A stretch of 64,000 bases of DNA from Octopus vulgaris. Lineage: Eukaryota. The notes beneath the pieces are model-generated. The model worked only from the letters and a program-made list of their open reading frames with translations. It had not been told where the DNA came from and did no database searches. The stretch is taken from NCBI GenBank assembly GCA_951406725.2, contig OX597820.1, positions 37,882,001-37,946,000 on the forward strand, in the 5' to 3' direction. The position numbers and the translations under genes are program-made. Below, one piece after another: positions 12,118-24,040 of the stretch (the stretch's first letter is position 1; every line of letters starts with the position of its first letter).

Positions 12118-14788
12118 AATGTTCAAAAATAACCCCAAGAATTTTTACAGGAAGATAGGAAAAACAGCGTTTACCGTAAGGTCTGTACCATCAAAAGAAG
12201 AAGTGCAGGGATTTTGGAATAAAAATTGAAAAGGCTCCCTGGTTTGACAGAATATCTACAGAACTGGACTCCTTAGAAGAGCAAAAGTGGGAGGGTGTCA
12301 AGGTAGAAGATATAAGATCTGCTCTCAGGAGGTCAAGCAAATGGAAGTTTCCAGGAAAGGATAAAATTCCTAACTTCTGGTTGAATGTCTTTCCAGAGAG
12401 CCATGAACTGCTAACAGAACTGTACAATGATGTTTTGCAACACCCTAGTAGGATGCATCCTTGGCTAGTTAATGGGTTAACATTCCTGCTTCCAAAAAGT
12501 GAAGAAACAAATGAACCAAAAAACTATAGACCCATAACCTGCTTAACAACTATGTATAAAACGCTAACATCTGTCCTGACGGAATATACTTGTAGTTTTT
12601 TAACAGACAGCAGCATATTCCCTAATGAACAGAAAGGATGTAAACGTGGATCCTACGGTTGTAAAGATCAACTACTCATCAATAAGATGATCTTAGAAGA
12701 TTGTCACAAACGACACAAAAACTTATCAATAGCCTGGATAGACTATAAAAAGCTTTTGATAGCCTACCACATAGCTGGATTAAGAAATGCCTGGAAATGT
12801 ATAAGATAGCACCTACTCTGCGAAACTTTTTGACTAAGTATGAGATCATGGAGAACCACACTAACTCTGAACAGTGACAATGAATCTCTAGATGCTGGTG
12901 ATGTAAAAATTTCATGTGACATTTTCCAGGGTGACTCACTGTCACCACTCCTCTTTTGTTTATCCTTAATACCTCTCTCAAAACTGCTCAATGACGCGCA
13001 GTACGGGTATAAAATGTTTGATAAAAATATAAATCATCTCATTTACATGGATGATTTAAAGCTTTTTGCAAAAAATGATCAACAACTCAAGGGCTTACTA
13101 GCGATAGTCAAACAATTCAGTGACGACATCAGAATGCAATTTGGCCTCGATAAATGTGCAAAAGCTACCTTTATCAAAGGAAAAATGACAGAAACATCTA
13201 ACGCTAACATTGACCAGCAGAATGTCATAAAAGAACTAGACCCAGCGGAGAGCTACAAGTACCTAGGGGTAATTGAAGGGGACGGAATAAGGCATTCAGA
13301 GATGAAGGAAAGGATCAGGAGAGAATGTTATCGAAGAGTGAGAGCAATACTCAAGACAGAGCTGAATGCAAGAAACAGGATCGAAGCGATCAATGCATTA
13401 GCCATACCAGTCGTGACTTACAGTTTCAATATCGTTAACTGGTCAATTACTGAAATATGTCATCTTGACAGAAAAATACGAAAACTGTTGACAATACATA
13501 TAATGCACCACCCTAAGGCAGATACAGAACGACTTTATCTGCCAAGAAAAGAGGGAGGCCGTGGTCTTTTACAACTGGCAATAACAATGAAGATTGCTAC
13601 AATTGGCCTAGACACCTACCTGAAAAAGTCTGAGGACTGGATGTTAAAACTTGTCTCAAAACATGAAAACAAGAAAGCATCATACTCAGTAACAAAACAG
13701 GCAAAGGAATATCTAAGTGAATTCCGAATACAACAAATTTCGGAATTAGAGATAGTCATACAAGAAACAAGCACAGAAAAAGCTAGGCGCATGAAAACCC
13801 GTGCCAAAACTGCGGCCTTAGATATTCTGAATAATAAATGGCAAGAAAAACCTCTCTATGGCAAATACCCAAAGAGAGCGAATAATGCAGATATTGACAA
13901 AGCCTTGACCCACCAATGGCTAATGGCCTCTAGTTTAAAATCTGAAACAGAAGGGTTTATCATAGCAGCTCAATATCAATGCCTACCAACAAGAAACTAC
14001 CAGGCCAACATATTAAAGAACGGCAGTAGCCCAACATGTCGTGTATGCCGACAACAAAATGAAACCATTGATTATGTTGTCTCCAAATGCAGTCTTCTAG
14101 CGCCTACAGAGTACCTCAACAGGCATGATAGAGCTGCACAATATATTCACTGGGTAATTTGCAAAAACCTGGATTTGCCCCATGAAAAAAACTGGTGGGA
14201 ACACAATCCACCTCCAGTGCTTGAAAATGACCACATCTCACTCCTCTGGAACTTCCCCATTCAAACTGACAGAAAGATAGATGCAAATAGGCCAGACATC
14301 ATATTGAAAGACTTCAGACAAAGAACATGCCTCCTCATTGATATGACTGTCCCAATCGATATAAACGTATTTGTCAAGACCTACCAAAAACTGAGCAAAT
14401 ATAAAGATCTTGAAATAGAAATCAGCAAAATGTGGAAGCTGAAGACTAAAACAATACCTGTTGTCATAGGTGCCCTGGGAATGATAGCGAAAGGGGCTGA
14501 TTGCTACCTAACTCAGATACCAGGAAACCCCAAAATGGCAGAAATTCAAAAGATAGTGCTCATGGGAACTGCTCATATCCTACACAAAATACTTTCTATG
14601 TAATCCCAAGGTTTAAAACTTGTTTTTTTAAATTTATTTATTAGACATTCACTAGTACAACACCAACCCCACCCCAAATATATGGCACACTAGGCATAAC
14701 AACAACGTGAACTTCCAACCTGTTGTCTCTTGAGGTCTCTGGGTGAGACTTGGAGCCAACTTGTACAGATATAAAGCAAAAGTCAAAC

Positions 14789-14790
<2 letters not shown>
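12118..14790 (+). mobile_element. 5'-truncated Dong/R4-clade non-LTR retrotransposon inserted in (TAA)n
   Basis: RT motifs YRPITCL, EQKGC, AWIDYKK, FQGDSLSPLLF, YMDD; zinc knuckle CRVC...C; RHD; RPDI..D..K-type nuclease; about 190-nt 3' UTR; (TAA)n on both sides. Confidence 0.93.
12840..14603 (+). CDS. RT C-terminal half plus restriction-like endonuclease of the Dong/R4 element (frameshifted from upstream ORF 12381-12809)
   Basis: 587-aa ORF with YMDD, YKYLG, GGRGL, CRVC zinc knuckle, RHD, RPDI, KLSKYKDL. Confidence 0.85.
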   Translation: MRSWRTTLTLNSDNESLDAGDVKISCDIFQGDSLSPLLFCLSLIPLSKLLNDAQYGYKMFDKNINHLIYMDDLKLFAKNDQQLKGLLAIVKQFSDDIRMQFGLDKCAKATFIKGKMTETSNANIDQQNVIKELDPAESYKYLGVIEGDGIRHSEMKERIRRECYRRVRAILKTELNARNRIEAINALAIPVVTYSFNIVNWSITEICHLDRKIRKLLTIHIMHHPKADTERLYLPRKEGGRGLLQLAITMKIATIGLDTYLKKSEDWMLKLVSKHENKKASYSVTKQAKEYLSEFRIQQISELEIVIQETSTEKARRMKTRAKTAALDILNNKWQEKPLYGKYPKRANNADIDKALTHQWLMASSLKSETEGFIIAAQYQCLPTRNYQANILKNGSSPTCRVCRQQNETIDYVVSKCSLLAPTEYLNRHDRAAQYIHWVICKNLDLPHEKNWWEHNPPPVLENDHISLLWNFPIQTDRKIDANRPDIILKDFRQRTCLLIDMTVPIDINVFVKTYQKLSKYKDLEIEISKMWKLKTKTIPVVIGALGMIAKGADCYLTQIPGNPKMAEIQKIVLMGTAHILHKILSM

Positions 14791-14855
<65 letters not shown>

Positions 14856-15305
14856 TCACCTTATAAACCGACAGATCTTTAAGGATAGAAAATAAATAAA
14901 TGTATATGTGCATATAAACATATATCACAACTATTGTTGTCTTATTTGTGTAACTATATATTATTTCATTACCGAAAAAATGGTGACCCCGACACAATGA
15001 AGCGGAGACGAGATAGAAAGAAACTTTTAACGTGATATAGAAAAGACATGGAACGATCCATCTCCTGACGTCATTGTACGGCACAGCACGTGTTCATTGT
15101 GATCAACAGTACAAATGAAAAATTCTTTAACCTTTGAGAAATTTTTATGATAGCAGAAAATATACCAACTGGCATTCCTGGGGATACCTGCAAATTCAGA
15201 AATAAATCAAGCAACCGCGGTCAGTTTAAAATTGCTCTATTGGTTGAATGACTCCATTTTATTGTTTGTCTAAGGAAGTGTACTCGGAATATTGCTGATG
15301 AGTAA

Positions 15306-15700
15306 GGCGGCGAGCTGGCAGAATCGTTAGCACGTCGGGCGAAATGCTTAGCGGTATTTCGTCTGCCGTTACGTTCTGAGTTCAAATTCCGCTGAGGTCG
15401 ACTTTGCCTTTCATCCTTTCGGGGTCCATTAAACAACTACCAGTTACGCACTGGGGTCGATATAATCGACTTAATCCGTTTGTCTGTCCTTGTTTATCCT
15501 CTCTGTGTTTAGCCCCTTGTGGGTAGTAAAGAAATAGGTATTTCGTTTGTCTTTACGTTCTGAGTTCAAATTCCCCCGACGTCGACTTTGCCTTTCATCC
15601 TTTCGAGGTCGATAAATTAAGTACAGGTTGTGTACTGGGGTCAATCTAATCGACTGGCCCCCTCCCCCAAAATTTCGGGCCTTGTGCCTTGAGTAGAAAA
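15306..15700 (+). mobile_element. SINE family N (Nin-like domain) with partial internal duplication
   Basis: ggcggcgagctggcagaatcgttagc head, gagttcaaattcc B-box-like motif, gtcgactttgcctttcatcctttcg core present twice. Confidence 0.85.
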
Positions 15701-16049
15701 TAACATTGCTACCAAGTATATCAAAGTTTCGAACTTGGTCGGTTCATTGTAGTTTATAAGCATCCTAAATATCAGAGACTTGCTCATTCCTCCTCTTGGC
15801 AGTAAACATTACACCGAGTAAAAAAAAAAAAAAACTTATAAAACGCATCTCAGCTGATTAGCAAAGGTTATTACACCAAATTTTAATTGTAGATAGAAAA
15901 CTATCTTAATTGCAGTGAGGAATAAAGCAATTGTTAGCTGAACGTATGTTAGAGAATTTGAACCAAATACCCCTTCAGACGCTCCCAATAAAGACACTCG
16001 GTCAACGTCAGTATCAGTTTCTCATGTACTCTCGAGCACATTGCATAGG

Positions 16050-16420
16050 AAGTTGTCGCCATGGATTTCTGTTGGCTACAGATTTCTCTACATCTGGCCA
16101 TGAGATAGTGACCTTTTTTCTATCGGCTATGAATGTTCTGCGTCATGTAGTTTTTAGTTTTCCTCTATTTATTTTCCCATCCGGTGGTGTCCATTTGAAA
16201 GCTGTTTTACCATGGCGTTGTTTTAACACCTGGAGTGTGTAACTTGCTAGCTGTAATCTTCGTTCTGTGATTATTTTACTACAGTGTCTTGAGTTGGCTT
16301 TCTTTATTAGAATGTTTTCATTAGTTACGTGGCCTTCCAGTAAATATATACTCTGCCTCATTATGCTCTCAGAGAAATGTCCGTTGAATACCCTACTGTT
16401 CTCGCCGATAAGGTACTTGA
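16050..16420 (-). pseudogene. Decayed RTE-type LINE 3' fragment
   Basis: ITERRLQLASY...WTPPDGKINRGKLKTT resembles the RTE RRL..AGH...W.P.GKR.RGRPK.TW motif. Confidence 0.6.
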
Positions 16421-17199
16421 ATTATCACCGAACAGCATTTCATTGGGAGTAGTATATAGTATCCAGCAGTATACTATATTGTGCTATCGATGAAGGACGC
16501 CGTCCTGATAACATATCTATTGAAACCTGACTTACATGACAACTATGAAACTAAGATTGCTATGTTAAACCATAGTGTGGTCGCGAATGGGATCTCTATT
16601 TTGCAATGTTGCTTATTACCATTTTCTGGTAATATGTAATATTTATTATTACCATTTTCTGGTTTCTGGAAGGAAGCTATGCTTCCCTATATGCTCTCAT
16701 TTCTCTGTATTTCATTGAAACATTGCCAGGTCTACGCTGATTACTAGGCTGAAATGTATATGACATAATTTTCCATGTAAATAGTGTGTATATAATTGTT
16801 TGTATATTTAGCTATTTACTAAATAGATGCTTTTATTCAATTAATCTTATTAAATACAGTTTTCTGCCAGTAATTACTTATAAAATTAAATATTCATCAT
16901 GCATAGAATTTTCACGGGATCCACTAACAGGCAAAATATAAATGACTGAGGTTAATTACTTAGAGAGACCACCCGAAAGAAAACAATAGTTAAGTACTAA
17001 TAGTTCTAACATATTTATTACATAAAATATGTTAGAACTAATTAAACTGTTAGTATATAAATTTAATTAACCGTGCCGAAAATGACTTATTACATCAATC
17101 GTTGTTCATTTGTAAAGATCAAGCAGCAGATTATTATTTTTCTATCTACACAGTTTTATTTTGTCTGCAGTGATTCATGCATATAGTTGTAATTCATTA

Positions 17200-17730
17200 A
17201 TGCAATCATTAATGAATTAATTAATTCTTTAGTTAATTAATACATCAATTCAACCATCTCAACAATAAGCCATTCAGTAAATCAACCAACTTAATGAGAA
17301 ATTCGTTTGATAATACATTTATTAGTTCATTTACTGCTCCATCTTTTCAGTCACTCATGTTATCAATCTTTACTCATTCATCGAATTTTCTATTCCTTTA
17401 TTCACGAACTCATCAATCAACCACTTAATCAACTAATCAAACAATCACTCAATGAATCAATCTTTGAATCGATCAATCCCTCATTCATCGACTTTTCTAT
17501 TCCTTTATTCACGAATTTACTACTCACTCAGTTGCTCGGTCAATCAATCAATCAATCAATCCATCAATCAATCAATCTTTCATTCAGTTAATTCTTCATC
17601 CAATCACGTACTCAATAATTCACTTCTTCATATATCCACATTTTGATTCAAGTATTCCCTCATCTCTTGACTTAATCATTCCGTCATTCCGTGTATTATT
17701 CATTCCTGCATTCACTCATTCATTCACTCA
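17200..17730. repeat. Degenerate (TCAA)n/(TCAT)n low-complexity tract
   Basis: Repeated aatc/attc/actc tetramers. Confidence 0.7.
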
Positions 17731-18162
17731 TATATGTGTTTTTATTATTTATTCATCTCTTCGGCATGAATGTTCACGATAAAGCTCATTTCAAAGGGGG
17801 GAAGAACATAAACAGAACTTGTAATAAAATATCTCCATGTGGAAAGTAATTAGGATTTCGACTTCAAAGAAGCATTAGAGAGTGATAAATACATATACGC
17901 GTACGTGCAAACACTAACATACACTCACACGTGTACTCATACACACAAGCACACATACGCACACACATACGTACATGTACGCACACATGCCCGCGTGTAC
18001 GAATACACTCCCACACAAACACACATACAACGCACAAATGCAAGCATACACTCGTGAACACATATATAACTTTCTACATATACGCACATATTCCTGCACA
18101 TGTACACACGCACAAACACATACACAAACACACACACAAACACACACACGTACACACGCATA

Positions 18163-18195
<33 letters not shown>

Positions 18196-18243
18196 CAGAG
18201 ACACACACGCAAAAGCATTCATGCACATGTACATGTATACTCA

Positions 18244-18312
18244 TACGAGGGGGTGCTGAAAACTTCCTGGCTTTAAGAGTATCGCGAAAGGGCTGGTTCG
18301 AGACCCAATCTT
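18244..18312. mobile_element. Isolated mariner-type terminal repeat
   Basis: TA-cgagggggtgctgaaaacttcc, similar to the mariner end at 42587. Confidence 0.5.
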
Positions 18313-18519
18313 CCGCGCGCACGCGCGTGTATGTGTGTGCGTGCGTGCGTGTGTACGTATGTGTGTGTGAGAGGGTATGCGTGCGTATGTATGTGCGCGC
18401 ACAAATATATATATATGTATATATACATACGTAAATCTCGAACGACGAGAGTGAGTGCTCAACATGGTTTATTTGGGTTTTAAGGTTACCATTGGTTTCA
18501 TGTTAAGAAACATGAAAAA

Positions 18520-19600
18520 GAATGATTTTAGCGTTGCATATAAATTATTTTGCCAGACAGTGCTAATGCTGCATTAGAAAGGTTCAGCTTTAAGAATAGC
18601 ATAAACTACATTGAACCAAATACAGGTAAATCAAGAAGACGCAGACAATGGAAAATATTACCGTTTAACCCACCTTATATTCTGAATGTCGCCTCTGTTC
18701 TAGCTGGGAAATTCTTAAAATTAATAGATAATCATTTCCCACATTCAGACAAAAATCATGAGATGTTCAATAGAAACTCTGTTAAAGCTAGCTATAGTTG
18801 CCTCGCTAATACAGGGTCTATAATACACGACCACAATAAAAATAAACACACCAGAACAACCCTCGAAAGAAAGACACTGTAACTGTAGATCTCCAAACCT
18901 ATGTCCTCTAAATTATAACTGTCTGGAAAAAGTTAAGGATCCCAGCGGAGCAACTCGTTGAAAGAAGGATAAACACAACACCTGGCGTCATTCAGGAACA
19001 AAAATAAAAGACATACGACATCCTTATCCAATATGATATGGACATTAAAAGAAGGGAGAGTAAGCAAATCCCAAATAACATGGGGCATCATTGTTAAAGC
19101 CATAAAACGCAGAGGACGGGGTACCAAATGTGAGCTCTGTATCACTGAAATATTATACAGTCTGCAGATAACATCCTAAATATTAAGGATGAATCATTCT
19201 CTTTCTCCATACACAAGCAATATTTCACACTCCAGCATTTCAAAGAGGAATCAACACCCGCACTGCCAACCTCACAAAGATATTTTCTGTCCCTGAACGT
19301 GAACATTGAATATATGCAACACACGAACTCCATACATAGAAAAATGCATACAATCCCCACTGATGAACTACCTCAGCACACAAATTCACCAGCCAACTTG
19401 GTCCCCCCCCCCCAAAAGCTGTCAGCCAAGAGTAACGCCCCTTAATTTCTTGTTTAGTTTACAAAACTTTTTGTGAATTACCGAGACTTTTCCTGAGACA
19501 TTTTGTGTTTTCATCAAAAATGGAGACGAAAACCATTCCTTCATTCATGAACAATTGTTAAGATATGAAGATATGAAACCAATAGTGGCTTTCATACACA
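18520..19600 (+). mobile_element. Decayed Penelope-like element, C-terminal GIY-YIG region plus 3' end
   Basis: FNPPY...KFLKLID.HFP...FNRNSVKASYSC, CNCR.PNLCPL..NCL, HLASFRNK...TSLSNMIWTLK, KCELC; frameshifted. Confidence 0.8.
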
Positions 19601-20620
19601 AATATATATATATATATTTGCTCATATGTATTTGTTTAGATGTACATATTTATATGTATAAATATATGTATATATTTATGTATATATGTATCTGCATATA
19701 TATGTGTATATGCATGTATAAATCATGCACATAATTGGAAATGATGTATTGTGGTATTTTTCTTGATACTTGCCTTCTCGTTGAAATCACACCTTCTGTG
19801 ACCAACCTCCTATGAGCAGTGAGAAAGGGTCACTTCCAGGTGAAGCTAATGGATGGTAGTTAAGTGTTGGTGAAAGAGAGTGAGTAAAAGACGTAGAGAG
19901 AGAGAGAGAGAGAGAGAGAAGAAAGAGAGGTGAGAAATTTTAAGAAATTGGTGAGTTGAAACCTAGTGTTGATGTGCATTGTTTAATGAGAATGAAGGGA
20001 AGAACATTGCCAGGATCGGTGGCCTTTGTTTGAAAGGATCTGTGGTTCTTTCGCATTTGACCTGATAATGTACCTGATGATGATCTCGGTGGAATGGAAA
20101 AAGACTAAGTTGGAGATTATTATTTTGAATTTCTAATCTTTTTGATGTCTGAGGATGGATATTAATGTCTATGAGCCTTTTGCCGAATGCTATTCTGGAG
20201 AGTTAAAGAAGCAACTTTACTTTATCTTGTTTTACTCATTTTGTCCCAGCTAAATTTGATCTTTTTATTGTCAAAGAGAACAGAGATAATTTTACTGAAA
20301 TAGTATTCAAATTATGTTATAGTGTTTTTGAGGCATTGAGAAAAGCGCATTTGCTTAGCTGATATACTTTTTACGTTATTTCAATTTAAAAAAGTACAGT
20401 AAATTTTAATTAATAGTGCTCCACTCACACCCTTTCCGTTGTCAATTCTTTCGTCCGTACAGTTGAAAGCGATCCTGAATATGGCTACACCTCAACAGAA
20501 ACATGTGAAAGAATATAATAAAAGTTTAATGGTTTCCACGATGATAATATTACCAGCCATCGACCTTGCAGTCTATTGTTCTATACATACAAACACACGC
20601 GCGTGCACACACACACACAC

Positions 20621-20676
<56 letters not shown>

Positions 20677-20725
20677 TGTGTTTGTGTGTACAGAACAATA
20701 GGCAATATAGAGGTTTAGAAATAAT

Positions 20726-20763
<38 letters not shown>

Positions 20764-20989
20764 GAAATATTAAAATTACTAAGTCTCTCTAAAAGAGAAC
20801 AACGGCAGCGTTCCCGGAAAATATTAGTTATCGCCATACTAATATGGCATTCTTATAAAAATAAGAATAAAGCTGACCGCTTATTAGCTCCATGAGGCCA
20901 TCGCCTTAAGTTAGCTATTTGATACACAAACTGTATCCATATAACCTTTGAACAAGGGAGGTCAGTCGCTCCACACTACTTACCGGCAG

Positions 20990-21029
20990 CTACAGACGCG
21001 TTTCGGGGTATTGCCCCTTTTCAATGCAG
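20990..21029 (-). ncRNA. Minimal type I hammerhead ribozyme, U3:A8 core variant
   Basis: CUGCA-UUGAAAA-GGGG caaua CCCC-GAAA-CGCG-UC-UGUAG; stems I and II pair; stem III palindrome ACGCGU. Confidence 0.75.
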
Positions 21030-21435
21030 TGTAGCCAAACCAGTAGGTGTCGCTTCCGACAATCTCTGTTCAAAGGTTTTATTTACCTAGCTTCGGTGGA
21101 ATACATCCACTTGTTTTCAATAATAGAAATATTAAAATTACTAAGTCTCTCTAAAAGGTTATATGGATACAGTTTGTGTATCAAATAGCTAACTTAAGGC
21201 GATGGCCTCATGGAGCTAATAAGCGGTCAGCTTTATTCTTATTTTTATAAGAATGCCATATTAGTATGGCGATAACTAATATTTTCCGGGAACGCTGCCG
21301 TTGTTCTCTTTTAGAGAGACTTAGTAATTTTAATATTTCTATTATTGAAAACAAGTGGATGTATTCCACCGAAGCTAGGTAAATAAAACCTTTGAACAGA
21401 GATTGTCGGAAGCGACACCTACTGGTTTGGCTACG

Positions 21436-21475
21436 CTGCATTGAAAAGGGGCAATACCTCGAAACGCGTCTGTAG
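21436..21475 (+). ncRNA. Minimal type I hammerhead ribozyme, U3:A8 core variant (second copy)
   Basis: CUGCA-UUGAAAA-GGGG caaua CCUC-GAAA-CGCG-UC-UGUAG; the single stem II difference gives a G-U pair. Confidence 0.75.
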
Positions 21476-22371
21476 CTGCCGGCCAAGTAGTGTGGAGCGA
21501 CTGACCTCCCTTGTTCAAAGGTTATATGGATACAGTTTGTGTATCAAATAGCTAACTTAAGGCGATGGCCTCATGGAGTTAATAAGCGGTCAGCTTTATT
21601 CTTATTTTTATAAGAATGCCATATTAGTATGGCGATAACTTATATATATATATATATATATTAGTAAAATGTAAAGGATTACCACAAAATGATTACCAGT
21701 TTGCTCTCGGTTAGGTATTCAAAATATGTTATTCAACAGTTTACATATAAATCCAATTAAGTTCTTATAAGATAAGAAATTGGAGGAATATGCCGTTGGA
21801 TAATTCTGAATATATTTCCTTAACCATATATAGGTTTCCTGGAGTATAAATATTGATAATATTAAGAATAGAGATTACTCCGAAGTAGCAGTAGCATTAC
21901 CTTTAATTCTATAATTATATACTGCCTTTTAAGACCAACACTTTTTCAATTGCACCGACTAGTAATCGTTGCAATTGCAACCCTACTATTAAACGGTGCA
22001 GTCTCTTTGGGGTCTTAACTTGATAGCCGTTGGTGTGGCTGTTTAATGATTTTCTTTTATAAACTTTGCGTTGTATAATTTGGAGCTGTCCGTTAAGTCA
22101 AGCGCGTGCAATCTCTATTGGATAATCATTTTCAGTCCATCATTTCAAAACCTTGCATAGTTTAAATGCTAATTATTCATTTATACTTCGCAAATGTGAA
22201 TTTCCTCATGTGCAAGATTCTCAAAACTTGATCCTGTCTAGAATTTATTCATTACTCTTGGATGTGAAAATCCAATAAAATTCTTCTAAACATAAGTCAC
22301 ATCTATTGGTTCCAGGTCTGTATGGTTTTGCAGTACAATTTAACTTCAATTTAATCCTATAGTCCTTGATA

Positions 22372-22630
22372 AAAAAATAAATGCCCCCTTTTAAAGCCTA
22401 GTCAGGCTCATGGGCTCGGTTTCTCGGTTTCAATGGCGTATGTTTTCCCCAGCTGGAAGGGACGCCAGGCTATCGCAGCGTTACTCATTTTTGCCAGCTG
22501 AGTAGAGTGGAGCAACGTGAAATGAAGTGCTTTGCTCAGAACACAACGCATCGCCCGGTCCAGGAATCGAAACCACAATCTTACGATCATGATGCTGACA
22601 CCCTAACAACTAGGCCACGCGTCCCCACTA
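22372..22630 (-). mobile_element. tRNA-derived SINE (family B-related) with 14-bp target-site duplication
   Basis: TSD tatagtccttgata at 22358-22371 and 22631-22644; head tggcctagttgttagg...ggtttcgattcc. Confidence 0.9.
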
Positions 22631-22983
22631 TATAGTCCTTGATACTATCCTTAAAAGACCAGATTAATCCGCTAAGACTCGTTTGGAACTTTTTATTTTT
22701 GTCTTTAAATGAACTCAAATGATTTGCCAGGCTCCTCTTAAAAATTAATGATGTCCTACCGATGTAAATATACATCTAAATTAAATTTTTAGTTTTACAC
22801 TTATTTTACACATAACAGGATTCCAATTTAGAACTATTGCAAAGATAGCCTTTTATATCTCCATCAGACTTAGTTTGAAATAGAGATTGCTCGCATCTCA
22901 CTTGACGGACAGCTCCAAATTATACAACGCAAAGTTTATAAAATAAAATCATTAAACGGTCATACTGAGGGATATCAAGTTAA

Positions 22984-23066
22984 GACCCTGAAGAGACTGC
23001 ACCGTTTTATAGTAGGGTTGGAATTGCAACAATAACTAATTGGTGCAATTGAAACACGTGTTGGTC
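22984..23066 (+). ncRNA. Type I hammerhead ribozyme in PLE pseudo-LTR
   Basis: GACC-CUGAAGA-GACUGCACC...GGUGCAAUU-GAAAC-ACGU-GUU-GGUC; perfect 4-bp stem I; stem III palindrome ACACGUGU. Confidence 0.85.
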
Positions 23067-23169
23067 CTAAAAGGCGGTATATAATTATAGAATTAAATGT
23101 AATGCTATTACTACTTCGGGGTAATCCTTATTTTTAATTTTGTCTGTCTATATGTATTTATATATATAT

Positions 23170-23247
<78 letters not shown>

Positions 23248-23264
23248 TTATATATATATATATA

Positions 23265-23430
23265 TTTCATTAGCTTACAGCTGTTTCCACTATAAGAAGT
23301 GGTGGACTCATAGTTGAGTATCTGAGTAAGTAAATTGCATTTAATGTTTGATGCTCTGATGAAACTGTAAGACACTAAACTATGAGTTCCGACAAAATTA
23401 TAGTGGAAACAGCTGTTAACTAATGAAATT
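23265..23430 (+). ncRNA. Inverted-repeat locus containing a hammerhead motif (23353-23420)
   Basis: GCU-CUGAUGA-a-ACUGUAA...UUAUAGU-g-GAAAC-AGCU-GU; the inverted left arm preserves GUA-AGC, which restores stem I. Confidence 0.7.
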
Positions 23431-23864
23431 CATAAAATGATCATTCACTAGCGTGACCCAAGAATATTTCACGGGATTAACGGTAAACTCATTGGGTTAT
23501 TTCTGAAAACTTTATCCAAAAAACCTGAAAGCGTAGCCTGTGTTTTGCATGTATCAAAAGATAATCGTTCTTCTGCTAATCATTGAAAAGCGATGGAAAT
23601 TGGAACAATTGGACTACTTAATGCACTTTATATATACACTTTTTTATACTTTGTGCACAATTTTATAAATTTAATACACAACACACTCACTCTTTCTCTC
23701 TCACTCTTCACCTTACTCTCTTTTTCTCTCTCCTTTTTCTTTGGCTCTTGGCCTTTCCCTTCAACTAATAATGTGAAAGCGTTACAGATGGGCTAAGGAA
23801 TGGAGAAAAAAACTCAGTTAAAAAATTACACATTTCATTCACCACCACTTTTCCTTCCCATCCT

Positions 23865-24040
23865 CTGTGTGTGTGTGTGTGTGTGTGTAGTTTCCATCAA
23901 TGAGATTAACATTCAAAATAATAGTCAACACAGAGTTACGGTAGAAGACACTTTCTAGAGGTACCACGCAGTGGACAGGAACCCAGAACTTAGTTGTTGT
24001 AAAGTAAACTTCATAATCAGACACCCATGTCTGCGTCTAT
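23865..24040 (-). mobile_element. Decayed SINE family A 5' part
   Basis: gtagaagacac...ccacgcagtggacaggaaccc matches the family A head on the minus strand. Confidence 0.65.

Larger units (their letters stand above)
20758..21640. mobile_element. ORF-less retrozyme-like insertion: head-to-head, circularly permuted multimers of a 362/363-nt unit in (TA)n
   Basis: Minus arm 20758-21157 (atagaaatattaaaattac at 20761 and 21123); plus arm 21154-21640 (aaaggttatatgg at 21154 and 21517); (TA)n on both sides. Confidence 0.85.
21662..23140 (-). mobile_element. 5'-truncated Penelope-like element with GIY-YIG remnant and inverted pseudo-LTR
   Basis: Minus strand YIGRTSLIFKRSLANHLSSFK...TSLSGLIWSFKD, and after removing the SINE, AKPYRPGTNRCDLCLEE; about 21870-22120 is an inverted copy of about 22880-23130; flanked by (TA)n. 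Confidence 0.85.

Noticed and set aside
14857-15190. Minus-strand donor (aag|gtgagt) and acceptor (tttgcag|) candidates
   Set aside because: All frames close within the putative exon and there is no supporting context.
16483-16520. HHR-like ucGAUGA-AGGAC gcc GUCCU-GAuAAC
   Set aside because: Stem II is good but both core boxes are altered and stems I and III are unclear; at most a very old relic.
19355-19590. CUGAUGA near 19360 and GAAAC near 19578 downstream of the PLE ORF
   Set aside because: They are more than 200 nt apart with no convincing stem II or stem III.
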